NCBI GenBank assembly: GCA_046546095.1
Contig: JBKGYK010000004.1
Location: forward strand, 1-57,627
DNA length: 57,627 nucleotides
From: Bacteroidales bacterium
Lineage (GTDB): Bacteria; Bacteroidota; Bacteroidia; Bacteroidales; ML635J-15
Reading direction: 5' to 3'
Part shown: positions 50,067-57,627 of the stretch, piece after piece
How positions within the stretch are numbered: the first letter of the stretch is position 1
Layout of the letters: every line of letters starts with the position of its first letter
Notes under the pieces: model-generated
What the model was told of the DNA's origin: nothing
What the model saw: the letters and a program-made list of their open reading frames with translations, nothing else
Databases searched by the model: none
Made by a program: the position numbers and the translations under genes

Positions 50067-50960
50067 ATGAAGCAGATGATATTCATAGCAGCTTTTGTTT
50101 TATGTTCTTCCTTCTTTGCAGTGGGACAGGACAGGACATATTATTCTGCCGGTGATTTACAGGATATCAGTGCATACCTTGATGATGCCCGAAATGCCTG
50201 GGATGATGAAGCCAAACGTAGTGCCAATCAAAAAGCACTTGATGATTTCCGGGAATTGTTGGAAGATCCTGCTTCCTTCTCTTACAACTATGATTCTCTC
50301 AAATACATTCACATTCTGGAATCCGATGATGGAAAACTAAGAATTTTCACCTGGAATCTTATGTTTAATGATTTGACACACCGTTTTTATGGTTTCATCC
50401 AGTATAAACCGGATAAGGATACGTATCATGTGCATGAGCTTAAAGATAAGACCGACTTCTCTACAGACAGCCGTGCCCGGTATCATTATCATACGGAATG
50501 GTATGGTGCTGTTTATTACGATATTATCGAAAAAAAAGATGGAAGGAAAACCTTGTATACTTTGTTGGGATGGAAGGGGCAGGATGACCTGGTACAGCAA
50601 AAAGTTATTGAAACCCTTGAGTTTGGCAGGAAAGACCTGCCTCAGTTTGGTGACAATAATTTCCGGATAGACAGGGATAAGGAGGACCGCATTGTTTTCA
50701 GGTATTCAATCAAAGCCCAGATGCAACTTTATTATAACACAAAGCATGATATGATTGTCTTTGACCATTTGTCACCAGGAAATCCGAAAATGATCGGACA
50801 TTGGGAATATTACGGCCCGGACTTTTCTTATGATGCATTTGAATACAAAAATGGCATATGGTATTTTATTTCTGATATAGATCCCGATATTGCCATTAAT
50901 TATGAGGAAAATGAAAAAATCAAAAAACTAAAACAGCGCAAACCATCAAAGAATTTTTAA
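50067..50960 (+). CDS. Conserved exported hypothetical protein
   Basis: Signal peptide (MKQMIFIAAFVLCSSFFAVG/Q); aromatic-rich motifs 'LRIFTWNL', 'WYGAVYY', 'IVFDHL', 'YGPDFSYD'. Confidence 0.75.
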   Translation: MKQMIFIAAFVLCSSFFAVGQDRTYYSAGDLQDISAYLDDARNAWDDEAKRSANQKALDDFRELLEDPASFSYNYDSLKYIHILESDDGKLRIFTWNLMFNDLTHRFYGFIQYKPDKDTYHVHELKDKTDFSTDSRARYHYHTEWYGAVYYDIIEKKDGRKTLYTLLGWKGQDDLVQQKVIETLEFGRKDLPQFGDNNFRIDRDKEDRIVFRYSIKAQMQLYYNTKHDMIVFDHLSPGNPKMIGHWEYYGPDFSYDAFEYKNGIWYFISDIDPDIAINYEENEKIKKLKQRKPSKNF

Positions 50961-51482
50961 ATGGCCAAAGAATATGTCATAGATGTGTATTATGTGGATG
51001 ACGATGACCTTTATCTGAATTATTTTCGGAAAAGATTTCAGCTTGATTTGCCATACAATTTGCATACATATAATTCCGGAAAAACGTTTATCCGGCAATT
51101 TATTCAGGATTGTAAAAAGCGCAAAAACCAGAAAATTGTAATTCTTGATTATCTGCTGAAAAGCGGCGATGAACCGGATGCAAAAACCGGCATGGAATTG
51201 CTGCCATTGATTAAACATCATAGCCCGGATACAGAAGTGCTTATCCTTTCGGCCAGAGTGAATTACAATATCAAGCCAACTGCTGGAAATTATACTCCGG
51301 CTGCATTCATCAAAAAAGAGGACAATGCATTTGACCACATTTCTGCCACGATTAAACGCATTGCTGCAAAATACGAGCTGGATAAAAAACAAAGTCAAAG
51401 CAGAACTGCAACCCAGGTGTTTGTCGGTGTGCTGATGGCTGCCGTTTTTGCATTTCTGATCATGTACTTTGTCAACAATTAA
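50961..51482 (+). CDS. Stand-alone receiver-domain protein with a C-terminal TM anchor
   Basis: 'VDDDD', 'ILDYLL', 'ILSA', 'FIKK'; C-terminal 'VFVGVLMAAVFAFLIMYFV'. Confidence 0.82.
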   Translation: MAKEYVIDVYYVDDDDLYLNYFRKRFQLDLPYNLHTYNSGKTFIRQFIQDCKKRKNQKIVILDYLLKSGDEPDAKTGMELLPLIKHHSPDTEVLILSARVNYNIKPTAGNYTPAAFIKKEDNAFDHISATIKRIAAKYELDKKQSQSRTATQVFVGVLMAAVFAFLIMYFVNN

Positions 51483-51527
51483 ATCAGCATTGACAGCCAA
51501 TCTGCCTTTTTGTCACATTATCTTTGG

Positions 51528-51543
51528 TGGCACAACCTTTGCA
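51528..51543 (+). promoter_or_regulatory. Sigma54-type -24/-12 promoter upstream of htpG
   Basis: TGGCAC-AACCT-TTGCA matches the TGGCAC-N5-TTGCW consensus. Confidence 0.65.
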
Positions 51544-51573
51544 AACTTGAGGGAAACAAAAAATTAAGAGATT

Positions 51574-53622
51574 ATGCGCAAAGGTAAAATAGATGTCACC
51601 AGTGAAAACATTTTTCCTGTGATCAAAAAGTTTCTGTATTCAGACCACGAAATTTTTCTCAGGGAGATTGTCTCCAATGCTGTGGATGCTACCCAGAAAC
51701 TCAAAACACTTGCCAAACGAGGCGAGTTTGATCAGCAAATGCCGGAAGAAACAATTCGTGTGAAAGTTGACAAGGATGCAGGGACAATCACCGTAAGTGA
51801 TTTTGGTATAGGAATGACAGAAGAAGAAGTGATTAAGTATCTGAATCAGATTGCCTTCTCAAGTGCTGAAGAATTCCTGGAAAAATATAAAGATGATGCC
51901 AATGCGATCATTGGTCATTTCGGACTGGGTTTTTTCTCAAGCTTTATGGTTAGTGAGAAGGTTGAAGTGGTAACAAAATCCTGGAAAAAAGACGCAAAAG
52001 CTGTTCGCTGGGAATGCTCCGGTAACCCGGAATATGCTATTTCTGATGCAGAAAGAGAGCATATTGGTACCGATGTGATCATGCATATTGATGAAGAAAA
52101 CAAAGAATTTCTGGAAGATTCAGAAATTCAGACACTCCTTGATAAATACTGTAAGTTTTTGCCTGTACCCATTGCTTTTGGTAAGAAAAAAGAATGGAAA
52201 GATGATCAGGAAATAGAGACAGATGAAGACAATATAGTCAACAATACAAATCCTGCATGGACACAACAACCTGCTGACCTTAAGGATGAGGATTACAAGG
52301 CTTTTTACAGAGAACTTTATCCTACTTTGTTTGATGAGCCGCTCTTCCATATCCATTTGAATGTGGATTACCCTTTCAATCTGTCCGGTATCCTGTATTT
52401 TCCAAAAATCCGGCAAAATATTGACATACAAAGGAATAAAATTCAATTGTACAGCAATCAGGTATTTGTAACCGATTCTGTGGAAGGCATTGTACCTGAA
52501 TTCCTCACCTTGCTGCATGGTGTGATTGATTCACCCGACATCCCCCTGAATATTTCACGCTCATATCTGCAAAGTGACAGAAATGTCAAGAAAATCTCAG
52601 GACATATCACCAAAAAAGTTGCGGATAAGTTGCAGGAAATCTTTAAAACTGATAGAAAGCAGTTTGAAGAGAAATGGGATGATCTCAAAGTGTTTATCGA
52701 ATATGGCATGATTTCGGAAGAAAAGTTTTACGAGCGTGCCAAAGACTTTACTTTGCTGAAAAATTCAGAAGGCAAATATTTCACGCTTGAAGAATACAAA
52801 AATATCATTAAAGAAAATCAAACCGATAAGGACAAGCAGTTGATTTATCTCTATGCCACGGATAAGGATGCACAATATACCTATATCAATGATGCCAATG
52901 ACAAGGGATACGATGTACTTCTTATGGATGGACAGATCGATGCACATTTTGTGAATCACCTGGAAACGAAACTTGAAAACACGCGTTTTGTAAGGGTTGA
53001 TTCTGATGTAGTTGATAAGCTGATTAACAAAGATGAGAAAAAAGAAAGCAAGTTAAAGCCCAAAGAAGAAAACAGACTTACATCTGTGTTTGAATCTCAG
53101 GTGCCCTCTGAAGGCAATTTTATTGTAGCTCCCGAACCACTGGACGAGAAGGCCATGCCTGTGATGATTACCCAGGAAGAGTTTATGCGCAGAATGAAAG
53201 ACATGTCAAAGCTCAGCGGTGGTATGTACGATAATCTGCCCGATTCATACAAACTGGTGGTCAATACCAATCACCCGTTGATCGGCAACATTAGCAGCCA
53301 GGCAAATGAATCTCTGGGTAAAGATCTGGATAAACTGGAAAGCGAAATCGAAGAGCTTAACACAGAAATAAACAAGCTGGATGCTGCACAAAAAGAGAAG
53401 AAAGAAGAGGAAGTAAAACAGGAAGAAAAGGATAAGTTGAAAGATCTGCAGGATACCCTCGGGAAAAAGCAGGAAAACAAAAGAGAAAAACTGCAGTCAT
53501 TTGGCAGAGATACAAAACTTGTCAAACAACTTGTTGACCTTGCACTCTTATCCAACAATATGCTGCGCGGGGAGGCACTGAATAAATTTGTGCGCAGATC
53601 CATTGATTTGATAGAGGACTAA
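51574..53622 (+). CDS. htpG: Molecular chaperone HtpG (Hsp90)
   Basis: 'EIFLREIVSNAVDA', 'DFGIGM', 'IIGHFGLGFFS', 'GVIDSPDIPLNISRS'. Confidence 0.97.
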   Translation: MRKGKIDVTSENIFPVIKKFLYSDHEIFLREIVSNAVDATQKLKTLAKRGEFDQQMPEETIRVKVDKDAGTITVSDFGIGMTEEEVIKYLNQIAFSSAEEFLEKYKDDANAIIGHFGLGFFSSFMVSEKVEVVTKSWKKDAKAVRWECSGNPEYAISDAEREHIGTDVIMHIDEENKEFLEDSEIQTLLDKYCKFLPVPIAFGKKKEWKDDQEIETDEDNIVNNTNPAWTQQPADLKDEDYKAFYRELYPTLFDEPLFHIHLNVDYPFNLSGILYFPKIRQNIDIQRNKIQLYSNQVFVTDSVEGIVPEFLTLLHGVIDSPDIPLNISRSYLQSDRNVKKISGHITKKVADKLQEIFKTDRKQFEEKWDDLKVFIEYGMISEEKFYERAKDFTLLKNSEGKYFTLEEYKNIIKENQTDKDKQLIYLYATDKDAQYTYINDANDKGYDVLLMDGQIDAHFVNHLETKLENTRFVRVDSDVVDKLINKDEKKESKLKPKEENRLTSVFESQVPSEGNFIVAPEPLDEKAMPVMITQEEFMRRMKDMSKLSGGMYDNLPDSYKLVVNTNHPLIGNISSQANESLGKDLDKLESEIEELNTEINKLDAAQKEKKEEEVKQEEKDKLKDLQDTLGKKQENKREKLQSFGRDTKLVKQLVDLALLSNNMLRGEALNKFVRRSIDLIED

Positions 53623-53663
53623 TTTCCCGGAAATACTGGAATGTTTACTGCAATACATTAGAT

Positions 53664-53695
53664 GAAGTCCCGCCAACACGGGACTTCTGCTTTTT
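53664..53695 (+). terminator. Intrinsic terminator after htpG
   Basis: gaagtcccg-ccaaca-cgggacttc followed by tgcttttt. Confidence 0.75.
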
Positions 53696-53754
53696 CAGTG
53701 GGAGATAAAAATATAATAATCCGGAATTCGTTATTTTTCTGTAACTTTACAGTA

Positions 53755-54276
53755 ATGAAATCAAAGATTTCAACATACCTGTTTTCTTTTATTGCAGTAA
53801 TAGCACTTGCATCATGCTATGAAGTGAAAGAGTATCCGCCCGAACCTGAGATATCCTATGAATCACTGTGTCTAAGTGATACTACTGATGCTCTTGGTAA
53901 TGAGATATTGTCCGGAACGCTGAAGGTGTATTTTATTGATGGCGATGGAGACATCGGTGCTGAGGAGCCTACCGACAGTGCATCTGCTGAGGACAGCAAA
54001 AACTTCTTCATTGATTTGCTTGAGAAAGTGGATGGGGTATACGAAGTTAAAGAACTGGCTGTGCCGTATGAATACCGGATACCATATTTTGCAACAACAG
54101 CAAATAATCCGAGTTTAAAAGGATATCTCAAAGTTTCAGAAATTGACTTTTTCCCGCCTTTTGAAGGTGATACCATAAAGTTGAGATGTTATCTCCTGGA
54201 CAGGGCAGGGAATAAGAGCAATACGGTAATTACCCCGGAAGTTGTTCTCGAGGATTCACTCAGGTCATCGGAATGA
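53755..54276 (+). CDS. Hypothetical lipoprotein
   Basis: Lipobox 'ALASC'; 'FIDGDGDIG' motif; the ATG at 53755 gives a proper signal peptide. Confidence 0.75.
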   Translation: MKSKISTYLFSFIAVIALASCYEVKEYPPEPEISYESLCLSDTTDALGNEILSGTLKVYFIDGDGDIGAEEPTDSASAEDSKNFFIDLLEKVDGVYEVKELAVPYEYRIPYFATTANNPSLKGYLKVSEIDFFPPFEGDTIKLRCYLLDRAGNKSNTVITPEVVLEDSLRSSE

Positions 54277-55687
54277 CATTGCGATAGTGTTCGTATCTTT
54301 CCACCACTTCCTCAACATAATTTATTGGCTGTATGCCAGTGCAGTAGCCGTGTTTCACCACTTCATCCTCAAAATAGCGTGGATTGGATTTATGCATTAG
54401 AAAATACCTTACATTTCCGTCCCAGACATTGGGATTTCTGCCGTATTTTTCCGCAAGCCTCATCGCATCAAAAATGTGTCCTGGTCCGATATTGTAGGAA
54501 GCCAGAATGAATTTCACCCTGTCCTGAAAATTGCTTACTGATTCAGGGATTTTGTTATCCAGATACTGAATATACCTTGCTCCGGCATAAATTTGCTCAG
54601 GTATTGAGGAGTTTTGTGAAACACCCAGAAAGTCTGCAGTGGCAGGCATTAATTGCATAATACCAAAAGCACCTGCCCAGGACACTGCATCAGGATTGAA
54701 ACGAGATTCCTGAAAAATAAGGGAAGCAAGCAGGCGCCAGTCCCAGTCAATCATTTCACTGGCTTCTTTTATATAGGCATCATATTGTGAAATATAGCCG
54801 CCTTCACCCGAATAAAATTCGCTTTGCCTGGTGGTTTTGGCGCGCGAGCTTTTAAAGTATTTGTGGTACAAAAATTTGTATTCGGATGTTTCTTTATACG
54901 CTTTTAGCCATGTATTTATGGTATCAGCCAGGTCTGATGATTCCTGCCGGATCGCCCAGGCCAGCTTCTGTGGAAAACTAACAGGTGTTTTTACGTCGAT
55001 ATTGTTGTAATAGGCTTCATTGATGGTGGCCACGTTTTCATCACAGACAGCATAATCAATTATACCGTTTGAAACCAGATGGATAATTTCCTCCATTTCC
55101 AGCGAATCAATTTCAACAATATAGATGCTATCAGCTATCTCTTCGGAAAGGTTTTTTAATCTGCTGTAGGCTGCCCCTCCTTTTTGTATGTGGACGGTTT
55201 TGCCTGCAAGATCGAGCTGATTTCTGATAAATTCAATGCTGTCATTTCTTGTTGAGTGCCGTTGTACCAACACCTGACGTGTTTCTGCTATGGGTTCAGT
55301 GAAATTCAGATATGTTTTACGCTCTGGTGTGATGGTAAGGCTCTGGGCTATAAGATCAATCTCTTTATTTTTCAGGTATTCTGTGCTTTTGATCAGATCG
55401 TTTTCTACAATGAGTTTTAGATTCAGTTCATGTCTGTCTGTAAATTTTCGTAAGAGGTCATACTGAAATCCCATGGGTTGGCCTCTGTATACAAAGTAGT
55501 CTGTTGAGTTTGTACTGACACCGGCAATGAGTTCGCCACGTTGTTCAATGTCTTTGAAATCAACAATTTTGGATTGCACCTCTTCGTCTTTTTGTTTTTC
55601 CTTTGTACTTAGCTGGCAATGACCAAAAAACAAAGCCAAAAGCACGATAATACCATATGTGATTATTCTGTATTGCTTGTTTGTCAT
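54260..55687 (-). CDS. mltF: MltF-like lytic transglycosylase (solute-binding domain + SLT domain)
   Basis: 'YFVYRGQPMGFQYDL'; SLT 'FQESRFNPDAVSWAGAFGIMQLMPATA', 'ASYNIG'. Confidence 0.88.
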   Translation of the reverse strand: MTNKQYRIITYGIIVLLALFFGHCQLSTKEKQKDEEVQSKIVDFKDIEQRGELIAGVSTNSTDYFVYRGQPMGFQYDLLRKFTDRHELNLKLIVENDLIKSTEYLKNKEIDLIAQSLTITPERKTYLNFTEPIAETRQVLVQRHSTRNDSIEFIRNQLDLAGKTVHIQKGGAAYSRLKNLSEEIADSIYIVEIDSLEMEEIIHLVSNGIIDYAVCDENVATINEAYYNNIDVKTPVSFPQKLAWAIRQESSDLADTINTWLKAYKETSEYKFLYHKYFKSSRAKTTRQSEFYSGEGGYISQYDAYIKEASEMIDWDWRLLASLIFQESRFNPDAVSWAGAFGIMQLMPATADFLGVSQNSSIPEQIYAGARYIQYLDNKIPESVSNFQDRVKFILASYNIGPGHIFDAMRLAEKYGRNPNVWDGNVRYFLMHKSNPRYFEDEVVKHGYCTGIQPINYVEEVVERYEHYRNVIPMT

Positions 55688-55701
55688 AATATCAGGCTTT
55701 C

Positions 55702-57558
55702 TTAGTCATAAAATTCCCACGAAAATCCAAAGCTAATGGCTGATGGACGTTGGGGATAATGCAGCAATGACCATGCCGCATTGTTTAGAAAATCTCCGCC
55801 TATATTATTATAACGGATAAAAGCCCTGAATCGTTTCACTTTGAAGCTTAAAAATGCATCCAGCAAGAGGCTTTCATGAAGTTTTTGGTCATAGGCCGGG
55901 GCAAAAAAACCTGTTGCCGGAATATATGTAACAGCCTTGTAGTCAGAATGAAATCTTGCATCTACACCTGTTCTCAAGCGCATATTATGATTAAAAAGAT
56001 CGTGTTCAAAATAAATTCCGCCAAATGCCAGAATATCCGGTACATGTATAATGGAATCCACACTGATGTTCTGATAAATGAGGTCTGTGCGTAAACCAAA
56101 GGCACCAAGCCTGAAATCTTTTCCGATGCCTGCACCGGAAATGTTTACAGGACCTTTGTATTGTTTTGGAATCCCCGCCGTTGAAATATAAACCGGATCA
56201 ATGAGTAAACTGTGATTCAGTCGTATGTTAAGGTGATATTTTTTGTTTTGATACTGGATCCGGCTTTTGAATTCCTTTTCATTGCGGTGCTTTTGATCCC
56301 AGGCAAAATGGTTTGAAGCGTAATGTTCATAAAAATAATTGGCTCTTTCGTGCCTTAGATCAGATTGCAGACTGAAACAGTTTAGGCTGTCTGCATGCCA
56401 GCTGAGATCTATTTTTGAGTGGAAGTCCGCTTGTCTTCTTCCGGCCAGGCCGTATTTAATATTGGCAGCGTATTCCAGCGGTGTATCTGCCAGGCTGCGA
56501 ATACTGAGTTTTACAAAGTGATTTTGAATCAGCTCATCTCCGGAGGGCAGGTGAAAGCGTTTCCCTTCATTGATGATTCCGGCAAAAAGCCTGTATATTT
56601 TCAGGCTGTCTTTTTCTCCAAAATATTGTATTCCTGCCTGATGTGTACCTTTGACAAGAGCTACAGAATCAAATGTTGCAGTTGGATCTCTGTACACGTT
56701 GATGTAATTGTCACCCGGGATATCTGAGAATATACGCCAATTCCGGCTAAATTTGATGTCCTGGTAAATGCTTAGATTGCCATGATATTTTAGTTGCAAC
56801 AAGGTGTCGTTTTCTTTGTATATACTGTCCTCAGACATATTACCCAACCTGTATTCATGTGCAAAAAATATATGTTGGTTTTTCTGATCGCTGGTTGCAT
56901 CATTCAACCTGACGGAAAGATTGTCGATTCTGGTTCCCTCGATGTATGCTGTATCGTTGGATATGCCGCCGAATTCCTGAGCTGACTGGGAGTTGGCAAC
57001 AATGTTGAAATGATTTTGGTATCGTCGTCCGGTGAAAGATTGCCAGAGGACAAAGTCCTTATTTTTGGATGCGGAGTGAATAAAACTACCGTCAGTTTTG
57101 ATGGAATGGTATTTTACACCTGCATTGAGAAATGGTGTTGCATTGATTGTGAAAATGCCTTGTACGTCTTCATAACCGTCGTCTGAAGAATTAAAATCAA
57201 AGCGGGTAAAGGGTTTTCTGGCGTTGAAATAGGTTACATTATCAGGTCTGGAAAAATAGGCTGTATAGTTGTTTCTGAAAATAAAATCGGGCAGGGGAGG
57301 ACGTGAGAAATAGTCAAAAGGCATAAATGCTTGTCCGTTGTTACCTGTAAGCATGCCTCCGTGAATGCTTTGGCGGTATATTGGTTCGAAAAGGTGAAAG
57401 TTTTCAAGCAGGGTATCCCGGGAAAAGAAACTGTCAATGGTATCCGGTGTATAGTTTAATTTCCAGGTACTGAAATGTCTTTCAAGTCCTTCATGCTGAG
57501 CCTGCAGGTTAGCTGTTCCTGTCAGGATAAAGAGGATGTATATCAGTAATTTTTTCAT
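55702..57558 (-). CDS. Putative porin (Bacteroidota outer-membrane beta-barrel)
   Basis: Signal peptide; 'GNNGQ', 'YFNARKPFT'; C-terminal 'HYPQRP..ISFGFSWEFYD'. Confidence 0.8.
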   Translation of the reverse strand: MKKLLIYILFILTGTANLQAQHEGLERHFSTWKLNYTPDTIDSFFSRDTLLENFHLFEPIYRQSIHGGMLTGNNGQAFMPFDYFSRPPLPDFIFRNNYTAYFSRPDNVTYFNARKPFTRFDFNSSDDGYEDVQGIFTINATPFLNAGVKYHSIKTDGSFIHSASKNKDFVLWQSFTGRRYQNHFNIVANSQSAQEFGGISNDTAYIEGTRIDNLSVRLNDATSDQKNQHIFFAHEYRLGNMSEDSIYKENDTLLQLKYHGNLSIYQDIKFSRNWRIFSDIPGDNYINVYRDPTATFDSVALVKGTHQAGIQYFGEKDSLKIYRLFAGIINEGKRFHLPSGDELIQNHFVKLSIRSLADTPLEYAANIKYGLAGRRQADFHSKIDLSWHADSLNCFSLQSDLRHERANYFYEHYASNHFAWDQKHRNEKEFKSRIQYQNKKYHLNIRLNHSLLIDPVYISTAGIPKQYKGPVNISGAGIGKDFRLGAFGLRTDLIYQNISVDSIIHVPDILAFGGIYFEHDLFNHNMRLRTGVDARFHSDYKAVTYIPATGFFAPAYDQKLHESLLLDAFLSFKVKRFRAFIRYNNIGGDFLNNAAWSLLHYPQRPSAISFGFSWEFYD

Positions 57559-57573
57559 TGATGACTAAAGTAC

Positions 57574-57606
57574 AAAAAAAAAGCCTTACGCGTTAGCGCA
57601 AGGCTT
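57574..57606 (-). terminator. rrn operon terminator
   Basis: On the minus strand aagccttgcgc-taac-gcgtaaggctt followed by a T-run; the single mismatch on + becomes a G-U pair on -. Confidence 0.8.
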
Positions 57607-57613
57607 AAAAAAT

Positions 57614-57627
57614 AAGGCGGCGACCTA
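57614..57627 (-). rRNA. rrf: 3' end of 5S rRNA (partial, runs off the window)
   Basis: The minus strand reads TAGGTCGCCGCCTT, the usual Bacteroidota 5S 3' terminus, directly followed by a terminator. Only about 14 nt are visible. Confidence 0.7.

Overview
A core-genome window from a Bacteroidota bacterium, probably Bacteroidales/Marinilabiliales-like. This is inferred from a T9SS C-terminal domain, TAnnTTTG promoters, an almost complete lack of Shine-Dalgarno (SD) sites and the porG-uppS-bamA-skp-skp-murI gene order. Left to right it holds: the 3' part of a large T9SS cargo gene; a pseudo-thioredoxin/glutaredoxin fusion plus an orphan groES; tRNA-Phe; transporters; a beta-decarboxylating dehydrogenase; a NarL-type two-component system; fbaA; the rpsU-xerC-hpf-tRNAs-tuf-secE-nusG-rplKAJL-rpoBC superoperon; asnB/fumC/hydrolase/pdxJ on the minus strand; the CBS-Omp85-nadK-porG-uppS-bamA-skp envelope cluster; murI; two orphan response regulators; htpG; mltF; a putative porin; and the last bases of a 5S rRNA gene. 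I found no CRISPR array, IS element, prophage or defence system. The most interesting signals are non-coding. (1) A perfect 8-nt SD (AAGGAGGT) precedes hpf, while rpsU in the same gene run and the other starts I inspected lack one, which suggests hibernation-factor synthesis is gated by anti-SD-liberated (bS21-deficient) ribosomes. (2) Sigma54-type -24/-12 promoters sit in front of the chaperone genes htpG and skp, with weaker matches before the bamA cluster and the redoxin-groES pair, suggesting a chaperone/envelope regulon. Other leads are a tail-anchored stand-alone receiver protein, a short-roof orphan GroES paired with a redoxin fusion, and a second single-POTRA Omp85. All motif calls were made by eye, with no database searches.
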